DNA from: Candidatus Margulisiibacteriota bacterium
Lineage (GTDB): Bacteria; Margulisbacteria; WOR-1; O2-12-FULL-45-9
DNA: 64,000 nt
NCBI GenBank assembly: GCA_034723395.1
Contig: JAYEOW010000004.1
Span: forward strand, 41,375-105,374
Reading direction: 5' to 3'
The position numbers and the translations under genes are program-made. Positions 29,960 through 40,485 of the stretch are shown piece by piece; position 1 is the first letter of the stretch; each line of letters starts with the position of its first letter. The notes under the pieces were generated by a model that ran no database searches, was not told the DNA's origin, and was given only the letters and a program-made list of their open reading frames with translations.

Positions 29960-30684
29960 TGCTGAATAAGGAAATATTCAAAGATAAACACATCATCTTT
30001 GTCGTCACTCATCTCTGTAAGCCGGCCATTGTTCTATTTATGGAAAGTATAATCCCGATCCTTGATAAGCACCCCGATCTGATCATGGCGGTAATCGACA
30101 GCAGATCTAGCGATGATATCCTTGAATACTTAAAAAGCATTAAGCATAAACAGGTCGTGTTCGAGTACCTGCCCGAGAATATCGGCAAGGCTCGCGCAGC
30201 CAATGAATTCATCGCTAAATATATCGATGAGGGCAACCTGCCAAAAACTGTCTGGTCGATGGACCCCGATATCATTCTCGATCCATTAAGCTTTGATTTC
30301 CTCCTGGACGCGGTACAGAATATAGAAGGGAAGATCGCTATTTTGGGAATGCGCTATAAGAACAACAATTGTAATCCCGAAATAAACCTCTGGTTCCCGG
30401 CAAAAAAGGTCAAAGGCAAAAACGGCAAGACCTACAGCATCAATATCCCCTCTTTTTGTTGTGTGGCTGGACCGATCCTGGCGATGAAGGGAAAAGTTTT
30501 AAGCAAGCTATTAAATTTTAAATTATTCCCTAAGAAATTTACCCGTGTTTACGGCGGGGATGATTCGGCAATCTATCTTGAACTAAAAAAACAGGGCTAT
30601 AAAATGGCTTATTTAAACGGAACACTTGTAACTCATTTAAAATCCGGAAACAAGCTCGCCCCGGAAATAAAAGACATGGTATAA
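29959..30684 (+). CDS. Divergent GT2/GT-A fold glycosyltransferase
   Basis: IDSRSSD, ENIGKARAAN, MDPD (DxD), YGGDD. Confidence 0.65.
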   Translation: MLNKEIFKDKHIIFVVTHLCKPAIVLFMESIIPILDKHPDLIMAVIDSRSSDDILEYLKSIKHKQVVFEYLPENIGKARAANEFIAKYIDEGNLPKTVWSMDPDIILDPLSFDFLLDAVQNIEGKIAILGMRYKNNNCNPEINLWFPAKKVKGKNGKTYSINIPSFCCVAGPILAMKGKVLSKLLNFKLFPKKFTRVYGGDDSAIYLELKKQGYKMAYLNGTLVTHLKSGNKLAPEIKDMV

Positions 30685-30691
30685 TAAATTT

Positions 30692-31147
30692 ATGGCTGAA
30701 ACACTTGGCAGTCTTATAGACAAACTAACCATCAAAAAGATCAGATTGCTCCATTTGGAAAAGGCTAAGCCTTCTCCCAAAGTAAAAAAGGCCCGGGCAA
30801 TCGTTAAGCAGCAGATCGTTGATCTCTCTTTGGAAATTGATGATTTCCATAAAAAAGCGCTCAAAGGCAAGGTTATTTTGAGGGAACAGAAGGTAAAACT
30901 CTATCGCAATCCCCCCTCTCGCCTGAAATTAAATAAAATAAGATCCCTGGGCCGCTTAGTAGACTTATTATCGCAGATAAACAAGGAATTATGGGACTTT
31001 GAAGATCAGGTCCGCATCAAAGGGATCCCTTATAAAAGAGTAGCTTATTGCAAAAGAAACATAGATCTTTGCAACAAAGAGCGCAATAATACGATTGACC
31101 GCATTGACGAACTCCTTGAGCAGCACATTAAGCAATGCCGCAAATAG
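30692..31147 (+). CDS. DUF4254/DUF6165-related helical protein
   Basis: ETLGSLIDKLTI and LWDFEDQVR...KRNIDLCNKERNNTIDRID motifs; overlaps the heptosyltransferase gene. Confidence 0.6.
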   Translation: MAETLGSLIDKLTIKKIRLLHLEKAKPSPKVKKARAIVKQQIVDLSLEIDDFHKKALKGKVILREQKVKLYRNPPSRLKLNKIRSLGRLVDLLSQINKELWDFEDQVRIKGIPYKRVAYCKRNIDLCNKERNNTIDRIDELLEQHIKQCRK

Positions 31148-32538
31148 ATCCCTCCCGAATAAAAAAAATTCTAGTTGTTAGGCCGGACGCTATCGGAGAT
31201 TTAGTCCTAACCACTGCCGCAATCGCTGCTTTAAAAATCAAATACCCCCAAGCCCACATCGCAGTCTTAGCCAGAAAATATAACCAGATTATCGTAAAAA
31301 ACAATCCCGCGGTTGATGAGGTCATCAGCGATGATATTTTTGATTGTATTGCCAAACATAAAAAGATCGGGATAACCAAATACCGGCACTGGATACAATA
31401 TCTTAAGCAAAAGAAATTTGACCTGATGATCAACTTTTACAGTGAATTCCCCTATGCTTTAATTGGATTTTTAGCTAAGATCACTTTTCGTATCGGCGAT
31501 AAGGGGAAAATACTATTTAGCTGGCTTTACAACTTCCCGGTTAAGCAAAATTTTAAGAATATGGCTGTCCATGAAGTAGAACATCAGTTTGAGCTCCTAA
31601 AACCTTTGGGAATCGAAATGACTGGCGAGTCAAAATTAAAAATCTATCCCACCGCGGAAGCACTCGCCAAAGGAAAAAAGATTATCTCCGAAAATGGATT
31701 ACAAGGGAAAAAATTAATTGCTATCAATCTTGGTTCAGGTGGAAGCGACAAAGCCTGGGCGATTAAAAACGTCCAAGCACTTATTAAAGCCCTCGCCAAG
31801 AAATACGAAACCAAAACCATTTTATTGGGCGGGCCCGATGAAAAAGCTTTTGCTGAAAAAATCCTCCCAGAAATAAGCGAATTTATTGTCGATCAAGTAG
31901 GATTATCCTTTGATGCACTTTTCGGAATAATTAGCCAAATGCATTTATTTATCGGCAATAACACCGGCCCCACCCATATTGCCTCAGCTTTGCAAATCCC
32001 AACCGTTGTCACGTACAATTCAAAGTTTCAAAAACCTGGCCGATGGGCCCCATGGGCTAACCGTCATAAAGTAATCAAGGTAGTATCAAAATGCCCCTAT
32101 CCTTGTAATCCACCCATTTGTAAAAGGGATATCTGTACTACCGAAATCAGTGTTGACGATGTTTTACTAGCAGCCGAAGAACTCCTAGCTGGCAAAGGAT
32201 CGCTCTCCAAGGAGGAAGACAAACTCGAGCGTGCCAGATTGAGTTTTAACATTTTGACTTTTGGCAATGATCCGTTAAAAAATAAGATCTTAAAACAATT
32301 AAAAGATAAGAACTGGCGGGTTTGGGATATTTCTGCGGAGGACTTAAAAAAAATAGGTCTAAGGGATCTTCTCGACTTTCTCTTTAGATACGACATAAAT
32401 ATCATTCATGCTATGGGGCAATCATCACCAAAACTTAAAATAGCAGCCTTACTCTCTTGCTTAAAATCCCCCTCCCCAATTATTTATCTTAACTATAAAG
32501 GGTCCGATCTTAATCATTACCTAGATTTGATAAAATAA
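31135..32538 (+). CDS. GT9 heptosyltransferase-like protein with C-terminal extension
   Basis: KILVVRPDAIGDLVL, HEVE, GNNTGPTHIASAL, CxxxCxxxxC. Confidence 0.88.
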   Translation: MPQIDPSRIKKILVVRPDAIGDLVLTTAAIAALKIKYPQAHIAVLARKYNQIIVKNNPAVDEVISDDIFDCIAKHKKIGITKYRHWIQYLKQKKFDLMINFYSEFPYALIGFLAKITFRIGDKGKILFSWLYNFPVKQNFKNMAVHEVEHQFELLKPLGIEMTGESKLKIYPTAEALAKGKKIISENGLQGKKLIAINLGSGGSDKAWAIKNVQALIKALAKKYETKTILLGGPDEKAFAEKILPEISEFIVDQVGLSFDALFGIISQMHLFIGNNTGPTHIASALQIPTVVTYNSKFQKPGRWAPWANRHKVIKVVSKCPYPCNPPICKRDICTTEISVDDVLLAAEELLAGKGSLSKEEDKLERARLSFNILTFGNDPLKNKILKQLKDKNWRVWDISAEDLKKIGLRDLLDFLFRYDINIIHAMGQSSPKLKIAALLSCLKSPSPIIYLNYKGSDLNHYLDLIK

Positions 32539-32567
32539 TTATCGATTATGCTATAATTAGGCCAGAA

Positions 32568-33446
32568 ATGAAGATTAGTATTGTTATTGGGACCTATAAC
32601 CAGAAAGATACTTTAGAAATGGTCCTCCGATCATTTGCGGATCAAACCATCCCCCCTTCGGATTATGAAATCGTGGTTATCGACAGCTCATCAAGCGATG
32701 GCACCGATCAGATGATGAACCATATTAAAGTCCCTTACTCTCTCAAGTATCTCGTTAAAGAAAATAAGGGAAAATCTTCGGCCCGCAACCACGGCGTAAA
32801 GGAAGCGCGATCAGACATTATCCTGCTGACCGACGCCGATATGATCGCCGCCAACGACCTCCTCGAAAATCACCTGATTGTCCATCAACAGAAGAAGAAT
32901 GCTTCGGTTGAAGGAGCAACCTATAATTTAAAGAAAAAAGTTACGGTTGACGAGTTGAATCCTAATCATCCAGATGTAGAACCATATATAAAACAACACT
33001 TTAGGAATGGTAAAAAACTTAAATGGTCGTATTTTTTAAGCGGGAATCTATCTTTAAAAAAAGATGCTTTTTTACGCGCTGGTGGATTTGATGAAAAGTT
33101 TAGCATTTATGGCTGGGAGGATATTGAACTCGGTTATCGTCTTAAAAAGATGGGGGTTCCATTAATTTATTGCGCGAAAGCAGCTAATTATCACTACCAC
33201 TTTGTATCCGGTGAAGATATGTTAAAGCGAAAATATAGGATGGGGCAATCTGCCGCCTACTTTTACCGCAAACATCCCAACTTTACCGTCAAAATGTTTT
33301 TGGGGATGAATCCGATCGCTATGTTTATCTTTAACTATCTAAAGAAACAGCCGGAAAAGCTAAAAAAGATAACCAATCAATATATCCTCGAGGAATATTA
33401 TTACCGGCTAGGTCTAACTGAGGAATTGGAAAAGCTTAAATCGTAA
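32568..33446 (+). CDS. GT2 glycosyltransferase
   Basis: ISIVIGTYN, DSSSSDGT, ARNHG, DAD, YGWEDIELGYR. Confidence 0.9.
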   Translation: MKISIVIGTYNQKDTLEMVLRSFADQTIPPSDYEIVVIDSSSSDGTDQMMNHIKVPYSLKYLVKENKGKSSARNHGVKEARSDIILLTDADMIAANDLLENHLIVHQQKKNASVEGATYNLKKKVTVDELNPNHPDVEPYIKQHFRNGKKLKWSYFLSGNLSLKKDAFLRAGGFDEKFSIYGWEDIELGYRLKKMGVPLIYCAKAANYHYHFVSGEDMLKRKYRMGQSAAYFYRKHPNFTVKMFLGMNPIAMFIFNYLKKQPEKLKKITNQYILEEYYYRLGLTEELEKLKS

Positions 33447-34269
33447 AGGGCCCTATCCTACACGGTACGTACTTACGCGCCCGCAACCATCTATTTAAGA
33501 TCGATCCCTGTTTATCCAATTCGAATTCGTGGAAGGAGCCGTCAAATCTCCTGGCTACTTTATAATTTGGCAATATATCCTGGAAACAGCTGGCTTGATC
33601 TTGGATTTGGTTGTAACTGGCCGAAAAACCTACTTCCTCACTCCTTTTTTTCTTTTTTAATACCTGGCCGACCGATCGATACGGATAGTGCTTATAAATT
33701 GGAAAATATTTATACATTTTCCAGCCTATTCCGTGCGGTAATACCCTCCCGTGCTCACTAAGTTCATAATATATCCCCGGTTTGTTTTTAAACTGTCGTA
33801 TCTCTAAAAGTCCTGGGCAATACCACTTTATCCTCTCTTGCAATGACTCAATCGATTCTAAATCTTTCCCCTTGTCGGTAGAATGCAGGAAAAAGTTCAT
33901 CGCGTACCAATTCACCTTCTCTGCCCCCGCTTTTTCCGCTTTTTCGGATATCTTGTTCGGATCATCATAAAATATCTCATCACCGTGAAGAAGGGTAAAC
34001 CATCCTTCATAGCCATACAGCTCCTGCGCTTTTTCCAGGATAAATTGGCGGGCGCCATCCTTAAATTTCCTGTTTGGAAGTTTATCGAGGATCTCACTAT
34101 CTTTTATGAAATACGTAACTGCATCATAGCTGCGGACAATCTCTTCGGTGCGGTCGGAAGAACCATCCAATACCAGTATCTTATCGAAGTATTTGGCATG
34201 CTCATTCATTACCTCTTCGATGCAATCTTCTTCGTTACAGGTCATCATTAATCCAATATTTTGGACCAC
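33436..34269 (-). CDS. GT2-like glycosyltransferase
   Basis: CNEEDCI, LDGSSDRT, HGDE, KHYPYRS. Confidence 0.72.
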   Translation of the reverse strand: MVQNIGLMMTCNEEDCIEEVMNEHAKYFDKILVLDGSSDRTEEIVRSYDAVTYFIKDSEILDKLPNRKFKDGARQFILEKAQELYGYEGWFTLLHGDEIFYDDPNKISEKAEKAGAEKVNWYAMNFFLHSTDKGKDLESIESLQERIKWYCPGLLEIRQFKNKPGIYYELSEHGRVLPHGIGWKMYKYFPIYKHYPYRSVGQVLKKKKRSEEVGFSASYNQIQDQASCFQDILPNYKVARRFDGSFHEFELDKQGSILNRWLRARKYVPCRIGPFTI

Positions 34270-35258
34270 TAACCTAACTCCTTTTTTACTGCCTGGAACA
34301 AATCATCAACTGCTAACTGATCCATACAGCTAGGCCGCTCATCGCAACTTTTTTTATAACAAACTAAACAACCAACATCCGCAAAAACTTTTGTTCCCAA
34401 ACCATAAAGTTCTATTTCAGTCGGTGAAGTTGGACCAAAGAAAGCAACGATCTTTTTTCCTAGGGCAATTCCAAAGTGTAAAGCTAAGCTGTCCGAACTT
34501 ATCAGAAGCTGACACTGATTGATCACCGCCGCAAAATTGCGCAACGAATGAATACCCCCATTCGGCATATCGGTCTCTTTGGAGATAATCTCATTCCTCT
34601 CTTTTTCATCGGGGCCTCCAAGGATCAAAGAAACCACGCCCAAATCTTTTCGCAGCCTTCTGATCAGGTCAACTGTCTTTTCAATACTCAAACTCTTAAG
34701 CGACCACCGCTTCCCCGCTCCAGTATTGATCCCCACAATTCTCTCTTTTCCCCCTCCGCCTTTGCCTATGCCTAAGCCTTTTACATATTTCTCCCCATAC
34801 TCAATCTCCTCAGGCGTCAGACTAAAGATATACTCTCCAATATTTATCCCCAAAAGATCAGCCATATGCTGCTGATATGTTTTGGTGTTTTCTTTTTTCA
34901 ATCGATTAGCCTCGGCTAATCCATCTTTAGAAATGATCGACATATCAAACCAGGCTGAAGGCGTATAAGTTATCTTTCCATCTTGAAGATAAGAACCTAA
35001 AATTTTATTCGATTTAACCTTTGAAGCAAGTTCACAAGCTTTAAGATCGTCTTCCAGGCTAATTACCAAATCGTATTCACCTAGTTTATCCCTTTCTTTC
35101 CAGGTATAGAGCTTACTAATATACGGATCATTCAAAAGGATATCTTTTGCCGATTCTGCGGTTATCCAATCAATCTCCCCCGACCTTAGCCCGGGAAGGA
35201 TAGATGTCGTCCGCAGAACATCGCCAACAGCTCCCAATTTAATAATTAATATCTTCAT
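34269..35258 (-). CDS. GT9 heptosyltransferase
   Basis: KILIIKLGAVGDVLRTT, LGGPDE, SSDSLALH, FGPTS, CLVCY. Confidence 0.9.
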   Translation of the reverse strand: MKILIIKLGAVGDVLRTTSILPGLRSGEIDWITAESAKDILLNDPYISKLYTWKERDKLGEYDLVISLEDDLKACELASKVKSNKILGSYLQDGKITYTPSAWFDMSIISKDGLAEANRLKKENTKTYQQHMADLLGINIGEYIFSLTPEEIEYGEKYVKGLGIGKGGGGKERIVGINTGAGKRWSLKSLSIEKTVDLIRRLRKDLGVVSLILGGPDEKERNEIISKETDMPNGGIHSLRNFAAVINQCQLLISSDSLALHFGIALGKKIVAFFGPTSPTEIELYGLGTKVFADVGCLVCYKKSCDERPSCMDQLAVDDLFQAVKKELG

Positions 35259-35341
35259 AGCTTATGTTATAATTGATTCTGAAACCTGCGAGGAAACCGA
35301 AAATTCATTCTCAGGTTTCCGAGCATAAAAGGTATTTTAGC

Positions 35342-36733
35342 ATGTTTTTATTGTTATTTTTAGGAATAATAAATCTGTTCAAGCTTTGGCTGGTCCGTTT
35401 CCTCCCATTGCTGGGAGATGAAGCGTATTATAATCTCTGGTCAAGGTATCCGGCATTGAGCTATACCGATCACCCGCCGATGATCGCCTGGATCCACGGT
35501 TTGATCGGACAGAACGAATTTGGTGTACGCTTAGGAGCAATTATCACTCTACTGATCGCAACCTGGCTGATCTACCAGATCGGCAAAGAGGCTTTCGGCA
35601 AAAAGATCGGAGCCGCTTCGGCAGTTATTTTCAACCTGGTCCCAACTTATTTCGTTGGCGGATTATTCCTAACTCCCGAACAGCCGTTAATTATTTTCTG
35701 GCTGTTAGCAATTTATTTTACGATCCAAATTATCAAGACCGGAGAAAGTAAAAATTGGTACCTACTCGGCATTTCAATTGGTCTCGGCCTCTTAAGTAAA
35801 TACCCGATGGTACTCTTTATCCCCGGTCTTTTTCTTTTTATCGTTTTATCTGAAAAGCATAGAAGCTGGCTTAAGCGAAAAGAACCTTATCTGGCAATTG
35901 TTCTCGCCTCTTTAATCGCATCTCCGGTACTGATCTGGAATATACAAAATAATTTCCCGGCGCTAGCCCATCATGGAGCAAGATTGGGAAACCCGAATTA
36001 TCTCAGCAATGTCCTTTATTTCTTTGTTCTACAGTTTCTGATGTACTCTCCCCCACTCTTTATTTTTAGTTGTTCTACCTTCTTCTTTGAGTTCTGGAAA
36101 AGGTTTAAACAGTTTGATGATTACTCACTTTTCTTGATTGCTTCATCGCTAGCGGCCTTTATCCCCTTTCTTTTCGTTAGCCCTTTTACCCTGGTTGGGG
36201 GGCACTGGACTTCTACCGTCTATCTCGGAATAATCGTATTGCTCTGTCATAAATTTCTTACCGCTTTCCCAAAACCATTCAAAACCTCCAGATTCTGGTT
36301 TAACATGACAATCATTATCCTGATCAATGTCCTTTTCGTAAGTTACTATGCGTTCATCTATCCAATTCCCGAAGGTTTAACCTATAAAACAAATAGTGAA
36401 TTACCCGCGTTTATTAAAACGGTAGATGCAGACTATGTATTTTCAAACCAGATGGGGGTCGGCAGCCTGGTCGCCTTTTATGGTAAAACCGATGCTTATC
36501 TTCCTAGCGGCTACTGGAAACAATTTGATATCTGGGGACACCCGGAAGTCAAAAAGGGTGAAAGCGTCCTTTACTTTGTATTTGGGGACCCGGAAATGGA
36601 GAAGAAACTAAAAAAAGTGTTCTGGCAGGTAAAAGAAGATAAAACAAAAAGATTAATGATCAAAGATTCAGACATCCCGGTAAAGACCAGGATCTATATC
36701 TGTAAATATTTTAAAGGAGGAAGATTGCCATAA
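35342..36733 (+). CDS. GT39/GT83 (PMT/ArnT-like) membrane glycosyltransferase
   Basis: DEAYY, YTDHPPM, GLLSKY, PVLIWN. ATG 35342 preferred over TTG 35273. Confidence 0.82.
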   Translation: MFLLLFLGIINLFKLWLVRFLPLLGDEAYYNLWSRYPALSYTDHPPMIAWIHGLIGQNEFGVRLGAIITLLIATWLIYQIGKEAFGKKIGAASAVIFNLVPTYFVGGLFLTPEQPLIIFWLLAIYFTIQIIKTGESKNWYLLGISIGLGLLSKYPMVLFIPGLFLFIVLSEKHRSWLKRKEPYLAIVLASLIASPVLIWNIQNNFPALAHHGARLGNPNYLSNVLYFFVLQFLMYSPPLFIFSCSTFFFEFWKRFKQFDDYSLFLIASSLAAFIPFLFVSPFTLVGGHWTSTVYLGIIVLLCHKFLTAFPKPFKTSRFWFNMTIIILINVLFVSYYAFIYPIPEGLTYKTNSELPAFIKTVDADYVFSNQMGVGSLVAFYGKTDAYLPSGYWKQFDIWGHPEVKKGESVLYFVFGDPEMEKKLKKVFWQVKEDKTKRLMIKDSDIPVKTRIYICKYFKGGRLP

Positions 36734-37437
36734 CTGCTCTATCAATTATTGTCCCAACCTATAATGAGAGTGAAAATATCGGCCTGTTGACTGAGAAGGT
36801 TTTTAAAATTATGCGGGCAAACAATATCGACACCGAAATGATCATCGTCGATGACAATTCGCCGGACGGCACCGCTGAAGTCGCCCAAACCCAGGCATTC
36901 GCTTATCCGCTCAAGATAATTATCAGAAAAGACAAAAAAGGGCTCGGTTCCGCGATCATAGACGGGATAAATGCCGCCCAATCCCCTGTTGTCTGTGTTA
37001 TGGATGCTGATCTGAGCCATCCGCCGGAGGCAATCCCAGAAATGTTCAAACTTATCCAAAGCGGGAACGCCGAATTAGTAATCGGCAGCCGGCGGGTAAA
37101 GGGAGGCGGCACTTCCGAATGGATCTGGTATCGTAAAGTTATCCACTGGATCGCCGCTTTTATGGGATCGTTCCTTACCTCGGTAAAAGATCTTACTTCC
37201 GGCTTTTTTATGTTCGAAAAAAAGATCATCGATGATATTAAACTCGAGCCGAAGAGCTGGAAGATCGGGCTCGAGATCATCGTCAAGGGACGCTATGACA
37301 AATACCTTGAATGCCCGATCACTTTTGTCGAGCGCGAAGCGGGAAAGAGCAAAATGGGAAGCAAAGAGGTGGTCGCCTACCTCATGCACCTCCTCTCTCT
37401 CTCAATTTATAAGATCAGCCATCGAAAAAACAGATGA
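36730..37437 (+). CDS. Polyprenol-monophosphomannose synthase-like GT2, apparently with an ATA start
   Basis: Conserved LSIIVPTYNE lies upstream of the track's TTG (36787); VDDNSPDGT, MDADLSHPP; SD AAGGAGG at 36714-36720. Confidence 0.8.
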   Translation: MTALSIIVPTYNESENIGLLTEKVFKIMRANNIDTEMIIVDDNSPDGTAEVAQTQAFAYPLKIIIRKDKKGLGSAIIDGINAAQSPVVCVMDADLSHPPEAIPEMFKLIQSGNAELVIGSRRVKGGGTSEWIWYRKVIHWIAAFMGSFLTSVKDLTSGFFMFEKKIIDDIKLEPKSWKIGLEIIVKGRYDKYLECPITFVEREAGKSKMGSKEVVAYLMHLLSLSIYKISHRKNR

Positions 37438-38279
37438 AAGACCTTTCAATCATAATTGTAAACCTCAATAACAAAAAGATCCTCGATGAATGCCTCGCCT
37501 CGATCTATAAAAATACAAAAAAAATAAATTTCGAGACCATAGTTAGCGACAACGGGTCAAGCGACGGCACCCAAGAAATGGTTAAAACAAGATATCCGCA
37601 GGTAAAATTGATCAAAAATGGAGAAAATCTCGGTTTTGTTAAAGGAAATAACATTGGGCTCAAGCAAGCAGAGGCGCGCTACTCCATCCTACTTAACAAC
37701 GACACAATGGTGAAAGAGTCCGCGTTAGATAAAATGGTCGAATTCATGGATGCTAACCCGGCAGTCGGTGCCTGCGGACCTAAATTATTAAACATCGATG
37801 GGACTGTTCAACGGCAGGGAGGGGTATTCGGTAAAAAATTCTGGAAATCGCAAAAAGCGCTAGCGGTAGATTTTGTGATCGGCGCCGCCCTCCTGGTTAG
37901 AAAAGAGGTCATCGATCGGGTCGGAATGATGGATGAAAATCTCTTCTTTTACAATGAAGATCTCGATTGGTGCATGACGATCAGGAAAGCGGGCTATAAG
38001 GTTTGCTACCTTCCTCAAGCAGAAATTATCCATTACGGCGGATTTAGCAGCAAAAAAGGCTTTAATAAGCGGCTCCTGGTGGAAGGTTTTAAAGGAGGAT
38101 TGTATTTTTGCCGAAAACACTATGGTGAGGTAATATACAACATTTATCGCCTGCTCCTCATCCTTGGACTAATCCTGATCCTCCCCTTTTTACTGAACAA
38201 CCCCGAGAAATTCAAAGCCTATTGCGAAATTATCGCTATCGCCTGGCGTGGACAAATCCCAAAAGCTGTGCTAAAATAA
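37434..38279 (+). CDS. GT2 glycosyltransferase (WbbL/rhamnosyltransferase-like)
   Basis: [37 protein letters not shown]. Confidence 0.88.
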   Translation: MKDLSIIIVNLNNKKILDECLASIYKNTKKINFETIVSDNGSSDGTQEMVKTRYPQVKLIKNGENLGFVKGNNIGLKQAEARYSILLNNDTMVKESALDKMVEFMDANPAVGACGPKLLNIDGTVQRQGGVFGKKFWKSQKALAVDFVIGAALLVRKEVIDRVGMMDENLFFYNEDLDWCMTIRKAGYKVCYLPQAEIIHYGGFSSKKGFNKRLLVEGFKGGLYFCRKHYGEVIYNIYRLLLILGLILILPFLLNNPEKFKAYCEIIAIAWRGQIPKAVLK

Positions 38280-38286
38280 GATTGTT

Positions 38287-38562
38287 ATGAAAGAGAAAAT
38301 TCACCCAAAATATTTTGACACGGTCGCAACCTGCGCTTGCGGTGCCACCCACAAGGTCGGTTCGACAAAAGAGAAGATCAGAGTAGATATCTGTTCGTCC
38401 TGCCATCCCCTCTTTACCGGGAAACAAAAATTGATGGACATCGAAGGACGCGTCCAAAAGTTCAAGAAGAAATACGCCAATATAAAACCCCGCAAAAAGA
38501 AGACCACCAAAAAGAAAAAGAAAAAGACCCCCCGACAGGCTCGGGGCGACGCCAAGAAGTAA
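38287..38562 (+). CDS. rpmE: 50S ribosomal protein L31 (zinc-binding type) with Lys-rich tail
   Basis: [31 protein letters not shown]. Confidence 0.95.
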   Translation: MKEKIHPKYFDTVATCACGATHKVGSTKEKIRVDICSSCHPLFTGKQKLMDIEGRVQKFKKKYANIKPRKKKTTKKKKKKTPRQARGDAKK

Positions 38563-38584
38563 CCCCATTAAATAAGGTCTTATT

Positions 38585-39646
38585 ATGCTTCTAGAAAAAC
38601 TAGAAAATACAGAAAAGCGCTATGCCGAGCTGGAAAAACTTCTCAGCTCCCCTGAAATAATCAACGACCGCGAAAAGTTCCAGGAATACTCAAAAGAATT
38701 CGTCGACCTAAAAGAACTCCACGAAAAAGCCCAGGATTATATCAACACCATAAGAGAGATCAAAGAGGCCGAACAGTTAAGCCAGGACGAAGAGATGAAA
38801 GAGCTGGCAGAGAGTGAATTAAAAAAACTCAAAGCAAAAAAAAGTGGTTTAGAAAAAGCGATCGAGATCCTCCTGATCCCCAAAGACCCGCTGGACGAAA
38901 AAAATATCATTATGGAGATCCGGGCCGGCACCGGAGGCGATGAGGCGGCACTTTTTGCCGGGAACCTCCTCCGCATGTACCTCCGCTATGCCGAAAGGAA
39001 CGGTTGGGCTACTGAGATACTTTCGTCGAATCCGACCGGTCTCGGCGGCTATAAAGAGGTCACTTTTAATATTATCGGCAAAGGGGCTTACAGCCGGCTT
39101 AAATACGAAGGGGGAACCCATCGTGTCCAGCGTGTCCCGGATACCGAAACTAGCGGTCGCATCCACACCTCCGCGGCAACCGTTGCTGTATTACCCGAAG
39201 CCGAAGACCTAGACGTTAATATTATTGATAGGGACCTCAGAATTGATACTTATCGCGCCTCCGGCTCTGGCGGCCAACACGTCAATAAGACCGATTCTGC
39301 AGTACGGATCACCCATATCCCCACCGGAGTAGTTGTAGCCTGCCAGGATGAGCGCTCCCAGCACCAAAACCGGGAAAAGGCGATGAAAATGCTTAGGGCC
39401 AAGATATTTGAAGCGGCCGAAGAGGAAAAGCGGAAAGAACGGGAATCGGCCCGCCGGGTAATGGTTGGGACCGGGGATCGCTCCGAAAAAATACGCACTT
39501 ATAATTATCCCCAGGGACGCTTGACCGACCATAGGATCGGATTTACGATCTACAGCCTGGACAAAGTCCTCGATGGGGAGATCAACGAGGTTATCGAAGC
39601 CTTGATAAACGCCGACCGAATAGCAAAGCTGAAAAAAATGAAGTAA
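38585..39646 (+). CDS. prfA: Peptide chain release factor 1
   Basis: [24 protein letters not shown] (PxT), [12 protein letters not shown]. Confidence 0.97.
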   Translation: MLLEKLENTEKRYAELEKLLSSPEIINDREKFQEYSKEFVDLKELHEKAQDYINTIREIKEAEQLSQDEEMKELAESELKKLKAKKSGLEKAIEILLIPKDPLDEKNIIMEIRAGTGGDEAALFAGNLLRMYLRYAERNGWATEILSSNPTGLGGYKEVTFNIIGKGAYSRLKYEGGTHRVQRVPDTETSGRIHTSAATVAVLPEAEDLDVNIIDRDLRIDTYRASGSGGQHVNKTDSAVRITHIPTGVVVACQDERSQHQNREKAMKMLRAKIFEAAEEEKRKERESARRVMVGTGDRSEKIRTYNYPQGRLTDHRIGFTIYSLDKVLDGEINEVIEALINADRIAKLKKMK

Positions 39647-40485
39647 TGGAAGTCTGGACCATCACCAAACTTCACAAATGGACCAGCAGATATCTCAATT
39701 CCCGCCTTGAGGCCGAAATCCTCATCGCCTATTCACTGAAGCTAAAAAGGATCGAGCTTTATATAAACCACGAACGGGTAGTGAATGAGAAAGAGCTGGC
39801 TGATTTTAAAAAGCTGATCCAGCGGCGTAAACAAGGCGAACCGATCGCTTATATAACCGGGACCCAACCCTTTATGTCACTCGAGTTTTTTGTCGATCGC
39901 TCTGTTTTGATCCCCCGGCCAGAAACCGAGAGATTAGTTGAAGTTGTAATCGACCACCACGGCTCACAACTCACAATCGCCGACATCGGAACTGGTTCCG
40001 GAGCAATCGCAATCAGTCTGGCCAAATACCTCCCAGAAATAAAAGTTATCGGTATCGATACCTCGCCGGACGCCATTAAAATCTCACAAAAGAATGCGGA
40101 ACATCATAAGGTTAGCGGCCGCTGCGAATTTAGGATTGGAAATCTCCTCGAACCGCTTAAAGAAAAGGTCGATCTTATCGCCTCCAATCCGCCCTATATC
40201 CCGACTCAAGATATCGAAACGCTTGAAACCGATGTAAAAGATTGGGAACCGATCCAAGCCTTAGACGGCGGAGTTGATGGGTTGGATTACATTCGAAAAC
40301 TTGTTAACCAAGCTCCTGACTACCTGAATTCAAACGGCCGGTTATTGATCGAAATCGGATTTGATCAGGGGGGAAAAGTTAAATCACTTGTGGAAAATAA
40401 CGGAAAATATAAAACTATAGAAATTATTAGAGACCTGAGTGGAAAAGATCGGATACTAAAAGCTATTCTGCAAAATGATCACTGA
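39646..40485 (+). CDS. prmC: Release factor glutamine methyltransferase
   Basis: GEPIAYI, LIPRPETE, DIGTGSG, NPPY, ALDGGVDGL. Confidence 0.95.
   Translation: MEVWTITKLHKWTSRYLNSRLEAEILIAYSLKLKRIELYINHERVVNEKELADFKKLIQRRKQGEPIAYITGTQPFMSLEFFVDRSVLIPRPETERLVEVVIDHHGSQLTIADIGTGSGAIAISLAKYLPEIKVIGIDTSPDAIKISQKNAEHHKVSGRCEFRIGNLLEPLKEKVDLIASNPPYIPTQDIETLETDVKDWEPIQALDGGVDGLDYIRKLVNQAPDYLNSNGRLLIEIGFDQGGKVKSLVENNGKYKTIEIIRDLSGKDRILKAILQNDH

Noticed and set aside
38585..39646. Programmed frameshift in the release factor
   Set aside because: The gene is RF1 (PxT motif) with an uninterrupted frame.
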